64,000 nucleotides of DNA, taken from assembly GCA_964016885.1 (NCBI GenBank), contig OZ024740.1, forward strand, positions 189,224,001-189,288,000. Direction: 5' to 3'. Of this stretch, positions 28,208-41,500 are shown piece by piece; positions within the stretch are counted from its first letter, which is position 1; each line of letters starts with the position of its first letter. Made by a program: the position numbers and the translations under genes. The DNA is from Eledone cirrhosa (taxonomy: Eukaryota). The notes beneath the pieces are model-generated. The model searched no databases, was not told where the DNA came from, and saw only the letters and a list, made by a program, of their open reading frames with translations.

Positions 28208-28429
28208 ATACCTTCCTGCCAGATTGAACGTCTGAAAGCATATACTTTCCTTATGCATATTAACGGCTGAGCAGCCTAATTTGCATATCGAGTGAGTTAA
28301 TCGGCCGGGGTACCGAAAACGATAAACGGAAAAAATGAAACGAAATTTCATTTCTCACTCTTAGTACGGCTGTTACTTAAATATAAGTATGTATACGTAC
28401 ATACATATATGGATACAGACGTACAATAG

Positions 28430-28469
<40 letters not shown>

Positions 28470-28612
28470 CATGCACACATATATATATATATACGTATGG
28501 ATTCACCGAACATTTATTATAATGCTCGATATGCAAATTAGGTTGCTCAGCCGTTAATATGCATAAGGAAAGTATATACTTTCAGACGTTCAACAATCTG
28601 GCAGGTAGGTAT

Positions 28613-28655
28613 ACGTTGCTGACGATAGCTAATAAGCTTGAAACTAGTACAGGGT
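28613..28655 (+). ncRNA. Type I hammerhead, array copy; predicted cut after 28649
   Basis: Same motif; GUA site; palindromic helix III ACTAGT. Confidence 0.8.
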
Positions 28656-28796
28656 TCTTTTGTCAGTGTTGAACAAATGAGCAACGATGGTTGTTAGATA
28701 CTGTACGGCTTAATTCGGGATGTTTGTTTACAAACACACCGAGCATTATAATACATGTTTGGTGAATCCATACGTACATATATGTATGTGTGCATG

Positions 28797-28835
<39 letters not shown>

Positions 28836-29063
28836 ATACTACTGTACGTCTGTATGCATATATGTATGTACGTATACATACTTATATTTAAGTAACAGCC
28901 GTACTAAGAGTGAGAAATGAAATTTCGATTCTTTTTTCCGTTTATCGTTTTCGGTGCACCCGGCCGATTAACTCACTCGATATGCAAATTAGGCTGCTCA
29001 GCCGTTAACATGCATAAGGAAAGTATATACTTTCAGACGTTCAACAATCTGGCAGGAAGGTAT

Positions 29064-29106
29064 ACGTTGCTGACGATAGCTAATAAACTTGAAACTAGTA
29101 CATGGT
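29064..29106 (+). ncRNA. Type I hammerhead, array copy; predicted cut after 29100
   Basis: Same motif with one helix II mismatch and a weaker helix I. Confidence 0.7.
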
Positions 29107-29889
29107 TCCTTTGTCAGTGTTGATCAAATGAGCAACGATGTTTGCTAGATACTGTACGGCTTAATTCAGGATGTTTGTTTACAAACACACCGAGCATTAT
29201 AATAAATATTAGGTGAATCCATACGTACATATATGTGTGCATGTATGTATATATATATATATATATATATACATACTACTGTACGTCTGTATACATATAT
29301 GTATGTATACATATATGTTATTTAAGTAACAGCCGTACTAAGAGTGAGAAATGAAATTTCGTTTCATTTTTTCCGTTTATATATATATATAATAGTGTTA
29401 AAAGAACATAACACTTTCTGTTCAGTATCAAATCAGTTAAAAGTCAATGCAAGTCATATAAAGAACTTATACAAGAAGCAACAATATAGTGTTAATACAT
29501 GCCAGTAGTCCCAAGCAGTCATTCAACTGTTCAACATTTCTCTGGCTTTCTCAAAACTGTCATCTGTCAGTTTTACTTTACTTTTCTATAAACATTTATA
29601 TAAATTAGAAACAGAAAAAGTGAGAGAGTGAAGTTGAATCTAGACAGATGTAATTAAGGCATCAAACAATTGCAAAGCACCAAAAGACTTTCAGCCTCTG
29701 TTGAAGCCATGGACATGATTTGTAAAGAACTACAATTCAAAATTGGCAGTGGCATTTTGGATAATATCAAATCATAGATTTAGTCCTTACAATAATTTAT
29801 TCATTTACTTTATTTTATGACTGGAGTGTATATATGCATATATATATATATGCAAGCAGGGAAAAGCAGACGTAAAATGATGATAATGA

Positions 29890-29934
<45 letters not shown>

Positions 29935-30103
29935 AGGGAGAGTTCTGTACGAGTGAGACACGGTCTCCTGACCAATCCCGCATCGAGTGGAACAGAACCG
30001 TCGAACCCATGCTAGTGTGGAAGATGGACATTAAATGATGATAATATATATATATATATATTTATTTCATTTCATTTATATATATATATATATATATATA
30101 TAT

Positions 30104-30284
30104 GTAGGGGGTGAGTTTTATTGTATGTTGATTTAAAACTTCACTATTCACAAGTATTTTTTAAGCTTCATATCATGTATCCCTATTTTATCTGATGAAA
30201 ACGCAGATATCATCCCATGATGATATTTGTTTTTGAGATGCGCATAACAAAATTCTTGGAACTCTTTTAACCATCTTTTGATCT

Positions 30285-30290
<6 letters not shown>
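30104..30290 (+). mobile_element. Single-arm copy of the 25.9-kb hammerhead element, core decayed (GAAA to GAGA)
   Basis: Aligns to 26048-26215; relic ribozyme at 30184-30254; (TA)n on both sides. Confidence 0.85.
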
Positions 30291-30330
<40 letters not shown>

Positions 30331-30576
30331 GTATGCATGGTGTGTGTGTGTATCATAATCTCATTATAGTAAAACATATACTAGCTTATGCAAACATTAT
30401 TTGATACAGGGCTGTATACATAGGTTACAATGAGATAATATATTTCATATCAAAATGTGGCAGCTATATGCAGTACAGGTTTCACCTAGTGCCTGATCAT
30501 AACTGAAGAATCCCTATTTGATCATTACACTGCAAGTAATAACTACCATCTTTTGATATAAGGTAAATTATATACA

Positions 30577-30800
30577 TGAAGGCACGTGTCTGAGTGGTTA
30601 TAGAATTGGATTCACAACCGTGAGTGTTGAGTTCGATTCAGGGACCAGGCAATGCATTATGTCCTTGAGCATGACACTTTATTTCACGTTGCTCCTTTTA
30701 CCTGGAGTTGCAACTGATAGATAGTACTAGCAATTGGAAAGACCAATGGAAACATTGTTTCCTCATTCCGATTTTACGAAAGTCAATCAAATATCGATAT
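30577..30800 (+). mobile_element. SINE family A
   Basis: B box GAGTTCGATTC; body and tail match 4215-4432. Confidence 0.85.
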
Positions 30801-30821
30801 ACATGTATGTATGGGTGTATT

Positions 30822-30865
<44 letters not shown>

Positions 30866-31276
30866 TATAGTGAGCAAAGAGACAGAAAAAGAGAAAAATG
30901 AAAACAAGATGGATACAGTAAATTTGAGAATACTAGTTTAATACGCAGAAGTGAAAGTCAGAGGAAATCATTCCATAATATTTCTCTCTACACCATTCAT
31001 TAGATTATAAAGGATAAAACCTTCCCCCAACAAAACCCGGAACTCAGAAAACCTGGTGATTCTCTTAAACCAAATGATTATCATGCTTAGTTGAAGTCAA
31101 CAATGCTAAACACCAATATATGGGTATACAAGTTTACATTAAATTGTCAAAAGCAAAGTTATTGATTTGACTTACCAAATTTCATGTGAATGGCAATTGT
31201 TTGTGTATGTGTATTTGTATACATGTGTTATATGTGTGTGTGTATGTATGTATACATGCCTGTATATATGTGTGTT

Positions 31277-32120
<844 letters not shown>

Positions 32121-32723
32121 GGGAAGGAGAAAGAGAGATGCCCACAAACACAAGTTTGCAATGGTGATGATGATTTATTTGTGTATGTATATCTGAACAT
32201 AAGAAAGGTGGAATATAGTGATATAGTGGAATATTGAATAACATATGTATAATATTCCAACTTATTACTTTTGCTCCTGTAAGTTCAGATGTTATAAATA
32301 ACAAATTGTTATGAAAATAAAATACACATGAATACGTATGTTTTGAAAATAAGTAAATAAATATCTTTAAAAATCTATAATAATGAATGATAATTCTGAA
32401 AATGAATAGTAAAAAAGCAAAACAAAGTCAACCAAACAACACATAGAAATAAAACAGTGAATCTCTTTGATATAGTTTTCTAGAATTACATAAAAAAGGC
32501 CAAAACGAAAGAAAAATCATAATTCCATTTATTGTGTGTGTATGTATTTTTATTCTTCGTGTGTCAATATGTTTGTGCATGCTTTCATACATATGTGTGT
32601 GTGTAAGCCTGCTTGTGTATGTGGGTGAGTATGAATGTTTATGATTGTATGATTGAAATTTATTTTTCTCTTCTAAATCAAGTTGTAAATATCATCGGTG
32701 ATATATATATATATATATATATA

Positions 32724-32768
<45 letters not shown>

Positions 32769-32770
32769 CA

Positions 32771-32822
<52 letters not shown>

Positions 32823-33416
32823 TGTTGATATTTACACATGCCTACATGTATCATACACTATACATATATATGTGTCTGTGTCTGTGTCATTAACAACAGC
32901 AACAAAAATAATAAAAACAGCTTTGACTTCTTTTTTCTTATTTCATTTTGTAAATCATCATCATCATCATTACATCTCTATATTCCATATTTGTATGGTT
33001 TAGATGGGTTGTCATATATTAAGGTTAGACAGGTCAGATAATCACATCTAGGTCATATGTTCTATTTTTGCATGCTGTCTATGGTTGTATGCCCTTTGTA
33101 GTGCCAACCACTTCACAGTGTGTACTGGAAACATTTTATCATGTTACTAGCACTACCAGATTATAGGGTGAACTGGGTGCATTTTATCTTGGCTCCAGCA
33201 CTACCACCTTACAGAATAGACTGATAGCACGTTATGGGTGACCCTGAGCCAATCCTCTGCAAAATGCGCATAACAGGTTGATACATAAAAAAAGAATTAA
33301 ATACATGTAAACGAAACTTCATTCTTCTTAATATATACACTGCCTGTGCATTGAGCACTCGTTTTGGTACTACCACCAGTAATTCAATGAATCCCATACC
33401 CTATATCTATCTATCC

Positions 33417-33510
<94 letters not shown>

Positions 33511-33651
33511 GGTAGAGTTAATATATATACATATATACATATATACATATATATATATATATATGTAAAAGGTAAACTGAAACAACAACACAATCGGTAC
33601 AGTATATGGAAGGGATATATTAGGTTAATGTTTGATATAGAAGGAAGAGGG

Positions 33652-33687
33652 TCTTAACATTTCGGACGCCAGTCCTTCATCAGAAGA
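33652..33687 (-). ncRNA. Minimal type I hammerhead in a ~215-bp element (33565-33780) within (TA)n
   Basis: TCTT-CTGATGA-A-GGAC(TGGC)GTCC-GAA-ATGT-T-AAGA; catalytic core intact. Confidence 0.75.
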
Positions 33688-33782
33688 AAGAATGAGAAAT
33701 AAGATAGATTGAGGGGATGGGCAGGTTGGAATTGGAAAAAATGTCTTTAGATAAAAATAACAGGTCCATTCATGTAGATATA

Positions 33783-33860
<78 letters not shown>

Positions 33861-34267
33861 TGATGTCAATTTTCATTTGCTAGCAAGGGTTAGACAGGTC
33901 ACCCCAAACCATGTTAGAACACAAGTGGAGGAGGGAAAAGAGACGTTAAATGATGAAGATGAAAATTATTTTCTTGTAGAAAATGATACTATATATCAGA
34001 GTAAACAGAAGCATAACTAAGTCATATTTATCATTCATTCTGGTTTCCCGTGTCAATCATATAAAATACATTAATTATAAAAAAAAACCGGAAAGGTTTG
34101 TCTCAATTTGCACATCATGTTAGTTTGTTAATGCTGCTACTGCTACTGCTGTTGCTGTTGTTGTTGTTCTTCTTCTTCTTTTTGTTGTTGCTCTTGTTGT
34201 TGTTGTTGTTCTTCTTCTTCTTCTTCTTCTTCTTCTTCTTCTTCTTCTTGCCCCTCTCCTCCTCCCC

Positions 34268-34269
<2 letters not shown>

Positions 34270-34327
<58 letters not shown>

Positions 34328-36263
34328 ATAATAATAATAATAATAATAATATTTATAATAATAATACAATCATGGTTTTTATTAGCATGAACATCATTAT
34401 CATCATATGCAAAAGCAAGAAGTCCATTTATATGAATGAGGTTAGTGCAATGCACAAAACTGAAAACCACTGAGAATGAGAAGGAGCGGGGCTAAGAGGG
34501 ATAAAAAGAGAGAAAGATAAAGAGTGACAGAGTCAGTGAAGGTGATTTCTAGTATTTAGATTGCTGTTGCATAAACTACATTCAGAAATATCTTTTTAAA
34601 CTATGTATAATATATATATATATAATGAAACAAATTAAAGTTTTTAAATATAATTTAAAAAAATATAAGAAGTAGCAAGGATGACTTTAAAATGACTTCA
34701 ATGAAGGATTTCTCCCATTTACAGATGGTTAAAAATAAATAAGCAGGTATTGTCAATTATATTAACCCAGTATTTAATTGGTATTTCTTTTATTGACCCT
34801 TTCACCAAAGTGCATAGAAGATGAAGTTAACTTAGCAAGATTTGGACTCAAAATGCAAAGCAACTTCAATGGTATTATTAACAACAACGGTTTCTGATTT
34901 AAGCACAAGGCCAACAATTTTTGGGGTGAGGGAAAGTCGATTAAATGAATGATAGTAGTAATAGTTCCTTAGTTAATGTGTAACATAAAACTGGAAGCTA
35001 CAGTATTCAGCATTTCAAACACGTTTTTCTTTTTAAAAAATGAGTTAGAATTGTTTAAATCATTTTAGAAAGCCAGTATAATGTTAGTTGAATAAAGGAG
35101 TAAAACTAGCAAAATTTACACTTTTAACTAATATTTAATATTCTGTGATTAAAATCTCTTCTATCAAGAGGAAAGAGAAGATAGTAATGAGCTGATATAT
35201 TTTGCATACTGATGAGCTTGTCCCTTTTGCAAATAGCTGTGTAAAAGTTATCCACACATCATCATCATCCATTTTCTCTTGATAAGGGACTTTCAATCCA
35301 AAAATAAAATGTAAACAATTGTTTTGTTTTATAATACTTTTATTTTTACTTTTTATTATTTCTAACTTGCAGTGCACTGGCTTCTAAAACAATCTAGACA
35401 ATTTGAACTCAACTCACAATTATTCTTTTAAACTGCTATATTCTAACGAGTTAGTAAAATATGAACAACCTTTTCAACAAACAAATGCCTATTAAAACCA
35501 GACCTACCATTATTTTTATCTTATACCTTATCCTACCAGCACACTACTATTATATTCCACATTACCTTTAATAAAAATTATACTAGTTTGAACATGCCAT
35601 CATATTAAATCTAATCTTTTCTTTAAGTTAGTTACTAATATCATTTACATTGCACACTCTATTACTTCTGTTTTTAAGATCAAATTCAATATTGTTATTG
35701 ATATCTTTTTTATCTTTCTTCCCTTTTCGTTCTACTTTTTTTCTCATTTCTTATCAATCATTATATTATTATTTTTCATTTTTCATTTTTGTTTCTTTTA
35801 TTTCACATTTTCAGATTTCAGAATTTGATTTTTAAGCATATTTTTCTTATTTTTAGATTGTTTCTTTTTTTTCCAACTACAAATAGTTAAACATCATTTT
35901 ATACTTCATTGAAGACAATTTGAAGTCATCCTTGTTATTTCTTATATATTTTTAAAATTATGTATAATAACTTTAATTTTTTTTCATGGTATATATATAT
36001 CTATATATATTATAAATAGTGAAAAACGTTATTTCTGAAAGAAGTTTATGCAATATTAATCTAAATATTATAAACCGCCCTCACTGACTCTCTCACTTTT
36101 CATCTTACTCTCTTTTTATCCTTCTTAGCCCTGCTCCTTCTCATTCTCAGTGCTTTTCAATTTCATACATTGCACTAACCTCATTCAAATAAATGAACTA
36201 CTTGCTTTTTCATATTAAGATGATGATGATGATGATGACGATACATCGACCAATAAAATATTA

Positions 36264-36319
<56 letters not shown>

Positions 36320-36820
36320 TTTGAGTCTCAGTCATTGATGTTAGTTAACTGGAAAGTTTGTTGAAATGAATATCAAGCCACTACCTGCAGCCTCAGATAT
36401 TCAGGACGTATCGGAGGGTTGTTGCTGTTCCCAGCAAGCATGCCTTTTGAAGCGTTCCAAAAAGCGTGAAGGGGCCAATTTTCTTTAACCATCCCTGGAA
36501 ACTTTTTGAGATAATCCCTAGTGCGCCTATGACAATTGGGACCACTTTGACTTCATGGCAGTTCCAAATCCTTTTTACCTCCCACTTTAAGTCCTGGTAT
36601 CGGATAATTTTCTCCCTCTCCTTCTCTTGCACTCTCGTGTCGAATAGGCAGGCCACATCCACAATCAGGCACGATCTTTTTTCTTTGTCCACAACCACCA
36701 GGTCAGGTCTATTGTGTTCCAGTTTCTTGTCCGTCTGTATCCTAAAATCCCACAGCACCTTCACCTGATCGTTTTCTATCACCGACTCTGGCTTATGCTC
36801 ATACCACTTCTCAGAATGCG

Positions 36821-36872
<52 letters not shown>

Positions 36873-36940
36873 GTAGTAGTAGTAGTATAGTAGTAGAAGT
36901 AGTAGTAGTAGTTGTAGTCGTAGTAGTAGTAGCAGTAGTA
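34270..36940. repeat. Old, diverged long inverted repeat
   Basis: 34330-34710 pairs with 35900-36318; 35040-35110 pairs with 35340-35410; (TAC)n(TAA)n mirrors (TTA)n(GTA)n beyond the R4 insertion. Confidence 0.8.
36319..36820 (-). mobile_element. 5'-truncated R4/Dong-clade non-LTR retrotransposon (restriction-like endonuclease end) in (TAA)n
   Basis: Open frame 36818-36393: KWYEHKPE..LWDFRIQTD..HNRPDLVVVDK..IVDVA..K..RYQDL..PIVIGALG; (TTA)n on both flanks. Confidence 0.9.
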
Positions 36941-37071
36941 CTAAGAAATAAAATATAAATTGAGAAATAATGCTGATAACTTTTGAACTTGTAAAATTGT
37001 ATTCCTGCTTGTGTGTGTTTGCGTGTGTATATGTGTGTATATGTATGTGCATGCATATATATATATATATA

Positions 37072-37105
<34 letters not shown>

Positions 37106-37117
37106 TTTATATATATA

Positions 37118-37149
<32 letters not shown>

Positions 37150-37592
37150 TTTACACATTTCACAATGCTTCAAGCAAACTTTAACACCCTCATATATATA
37201 TATATATATTTATATATATACACACACAAAATTGCGTGCATTTACTCACTCATCTGTAGAGAAATGTATACATAATTGAAAATAAAATAGCTGTCTGCTG
37301 AAAAATATTTATTGGTTTATTTCTTCCGAGGTGGGGTGTTGCGTGCGTGTGTGTGTTCGTGAACTTAGAAATACATTTTTGTAAGAATAAACTCCCAGCA
37401 TGGTGTAGTAAACTATTAATTTTTTTTGCTAATGGTGTAGTTGTTGAACTTTGCAGCTGTGTGATATTTCTGAAAACTTATATAGTCTCACTAATATCTG
37501 GGTCTCTGCAAAATTGACAACACAGCAATAGCTCTCTTCAAATATCACTATATGACTACTATATCTATGTATGAATATTCTGGATATATATA

Positions 37593-37696
37593 CAGAGTGT
37601 TTCCTCCCAAAATGTATACGCACTTCAACAGCGTTCTAATAAATATTGCCTGTACTGGTAATGAAAGTGTGTACACATTTTTTGGGGGACACCCTA
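37593..37696. mobile_element. Tc1/mariner-type MITE, 104 bp, TA-flanked
   Basis: TA|CAGAGTGTTTCCTCCCAAAATGTATACGCACTT ... AAGTGTGTACACATTTTTTGGGGGACACCCTA|TA; same family as 2435-2511. Confidence 0.8.
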
Positions 37697-38120
37697 TATA
37701 TATATATATAAATACATATATAAAGAGAGAGAGTGTATGAGTGAGAAAGAGAACAAGAAATCTAAAGTTCTGAATATGTGAAACCAAGGATAAGAGGACA
37801 TAATGTGAAACTGTTGCATAAATATATATATATGTATATATCAAAGGATAAAAATATGTAATATAGTAAGTTGATGATGCTTGGCTTACTGAGATTATCT
37901 TTGTAATTAGTAGACAAAACTACCACTATGTGTATTTAACATATAAAAACATTGCACAAGGAAGATAATTCTAATAATGTCAGGCTCATTTTAGGAAAAT
38001 ATAGATGATGCAATGGGACTGACTTAAAGGCAAGATAAATTCATCATCAAGACCAACAATACTACCATCTTCACCATCATTGCTATCATAATTATTACCA
38101 TTATTATTATCATTATTAAT

Positions 38121-38500
38121 AAGGGTGGCAGTATCGGTAGAGGGTTGGACGCCATGTTTTCTAGCATAGTTACGTCCCTTTACAGTCTGAGTTCAAATCC
38201 CGCTGAGGTTAACTTTGCCTTTCATCCTTATGGGGTCGATAAAATAAAGTACCAGTAATGTACTGGGTAATTGCTGGCCTTGTGCCTAAAGTAGAAACAA
38301 TTATTAATAAGGGTGGTGGATTGGTAGCATTTGTAGAAGGCCGGACTTCATGTTTTGGAACATAGAGTTACGGCCCTTTACGGTCTGAGTTCAAATCTCG
38401 CCGATGTTTACTTTCATCCCTACAGGGTCAATAAAATAAAGTACCAGGAATGCACTGAGGTAATTGCTGGCCTTGTGCCAAAAGTAGAAACAATCATTAA
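38121..38500 (+). mobile_element. Two head-to-tail SINE family B copies, relatively well preserved
   Basis: Each starts AAGGGTGG, carries GAGTTCAAATC and ends GTAGAAACAAT(T/C)ATTAAT; partial copy at 38715-38810. Confidence 0.88.
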
Positions 38501-41500
38501 TGATATCAGTTTTATAACTATCATGCTCTTAGTTTTGAAAATGATCTTAAGATCATGTCTTAAAAGGTTACTTCATAAATTATACAAGTAGATTCTACTT
38601 CACTTGATTGTACATCTATAAATTCTACATTTGCCTCCACACTGGTACAGCCGTGCTTCAGCCAAACAAACTGTCTCAAACATTTCGATCATACTGGTTA
38701 TCTATTTCATTCATTATTTGCCTTACATCCTTACGGGGTCGATAAAATAAAGTACCAGTAATGCACTGGGTAATTGCTGGCCTTGTGCCAAAATGTAGAA
38801 ACAATTATTTCTTCAAAATTACAATTATTTCTTTCCACTAGGTGTAGATTTATTTGGAAGACCTATCTTGTTTTTGGTTTATACCTGTGTACATTATATT
38901 TCCCATTCTATCATTGTGAAAGAAAAACAAAGTCAAAATTGTAATTCTTGTTTCTGTTTTCTATCTTTCCCTTTGGTTTCATGCTTCTTGTTTATTCCCA
39001 TATTCCAAACGAAGTTTATTAGTTCATAAATGAAACTTCAAAATCAGATAACTAAGTTAGATTCTAACATGGTAAGTTTAAGAGATTTAAGCACTTTTCT
39101 TTCCTTTAACTGTTATTTTAATTCTTCACTTGTTTGTTTTCTTTGCCAAAAGAAATAAAAATCAAAATAATCGATGCCATATAGTTGAAAAATGGCAATT
39201 ACAAAATAAATTTAATTGTATGTTGTAAAGATTTTATTTTCATGTCCTATAAATAAAATTTAATAAATTCCTAAATTAAATTAGGCAATGTAATTTCCTG
39301 TAAAGATAATTCTTGTATTCAAGAATTCAGTGCCATTGCAAGATATTTACTATTTATAAGATTTATTCAGTGTAATTAATTTTCCATTAATGGATTTTCC
39401 TCTTCTCTTTGTTAAAATTATTTTCTTTATGTCTTTTATGTCTCTGTTGCTCTGTCTTTCTGTTTCATTCTATTACTCTCAATTTTTCTCTCTCCCTCTC
39501 CCTCTCTCTTGTGAAAAGAATTAAAATAGTAATAGTTTATTAAGTTTCATTTTGGGTTTAAAAATATAGAAAATGAAATAAATATTTTCTTTGCTTACTT
39601 TTATTGAAATTAGGCTAAATGATAAAATCCACTTATTACCAAAAGTATGTTAAAAATGTAATGGTTCTTGGTGTTTTGTTGTGTATGCTGTTTTATTCTT
39701 GAATGCTTGACCAACCATACATGCTTAAGGTTATAAATATTGTACTAATCATGACACATTCTCGAAAATTCTGTAATATAATAACAATCCACTTAATAAG
39801 AAACATGTCAATTACCCTCCATTGCATGACCTGTTTTCATATTGCATCTCTCTCTTCAAAATATCTATTTATATAATAATATTCCATTCAAGATCGGTCT
39901 TAACATTGATTAGAATCAGTCACACTGTCCTCCATTCACTGTAATGAAAGAAAAATCTCTATTTTTATTGAACTTAATATTATGGTTTCCTTCTTCATAC
40001 TTCTCACTTTTATATATCTTCTAGCTAGAAAAATTAGTATTTCATTTGTTACAAAAGCACATATTTAAAAGTATATCTTCTTAGCTGAATAGTTTTGTTT
40101 CTTCACTCTTGAAATTATATTCTCTCAAGACAAACTCAGATCCTAAGACTTCAATTGAACTACTGCATTCAATGCAAACCTGAAAGTTGCAATCTTTAGG
40201 AAAACAAATGTTACAGGTGTCAAAGTTATATTATGCTTTCCCATAGGCTAGATATGCATATGTAGTGAAGACGCATTGCAGTGTATTACTTAATAGATCA
40301 TAATATTATATGAAGATTTTACAAACTCACTTAATATGCTACTTCTAGAAATAAAAGTAATATGTATAGATGTTATACCCTAACAGACAATACACTCAAC
40401 ACACATACAGCTCATGTTTGTACTTTTATTTGAATATGCTTTGTCGATTGCCAGAAATGGTAGAGTGGCAGATGGAAATGCTTTGCAGTATTAAGTTTCA
40501 CCTCTTTTAGTTCACAACCTGCTGGGTTCATTCTTCTTTGGTGATAGAATAAAGGACCAGTGAACAACTATACTTCCTAGCATGTGTGTTCTTCAGCTTT
40601 TGTTAGAAATTATTTATTATATTCAACCAATCACCACATTTCTTAAAATGCCACTAACAGTCTTAGGTTATGAATATTTAGAGCATCAGATAAGGAGCCT
40701 TAAGATACTTGCTCTGGCTTATATTGAAACTCTACCCAATGTGGTCTAAGTATTCATATTAGGTCCCCAGTTTGAGGATATCATCCTCTCTTCTACCAAG
40801 AGCAATAGTACTGTTTTTCTAATGTAGTAAATAAAGAAGTAAATAAATAAATAACCAATAGAATATATATATATATATATTACTCTATTATGTTTTACAG
40901 CCGACAGGCTGAGTAAATGCTGGGGGAACCACCATATATATATATAGAGAGAGAGAGAAATAGTAATGGAGAGGTGGGGGTGAGTGTGTTTAGCTAGTAA
41001 TCAAAAGGCTTTGATATTTCATTTATTTGGTGCTTGAATTGTTGACATTTCAAGCAGAATGTGACTATAAGTTATTCTCAGAGAAGTTAATTGAATTGCG
41101 AGTGGAGAGATACTTCTGAGAGAAACATTTTACCATAACGCACTGTTATTCTCAAGTGTATTTTCTTCATATCAAAACTAATTAAATTGAATATCTTAGA
41201 GACCAAAAACGATATTTCTGTTTTGCTTTCCATTCAATATTACTAAAAAGAAAATGACAACTAAACTCTGAGATCATATTTAGATCATTGTTAGATTAAT
41301 TTCTTATAAAACCTCAAGCTAATGATCTAGTATGTTATATATATAAATGGATATTTTGTACATATACAAACAAAATAACAACAAAAAAGGAATAACTAAC
41401 TCTTAAGAACAAATATAATAAAGTAATAATGATTCTAAATTGGGTAAAAGGTCAACAACTAAAGGGGAGGGCAAATCAATTATATCAATCCGAGAACTTG

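Larger units (their letters stand above)
27953..29380. mobile_element. Head-to-head array of a ~450-bp hammerhead-containing tandem unit (retrozyme-like)
   Basis: About 1.3 units on minus (27953-28528), switch at CTCG (28525-28528), about 1.9 units on plus; period 451 nt; both ends in (TA)n. Confidence 0.9.

Noticed and set aside
28917-29123. Recurrent MKFRF ORF (also 28148-28351 and 45440-45667)
   Set aside because: Spans the tandem-unit junction and is not continued in the monomer; incidental
35202-35244. CTGATGAGC with a 7-bp flanking stem at the centre of the long inverted repeat
   Set aside because: No GAAA or helix III; compatible with chance
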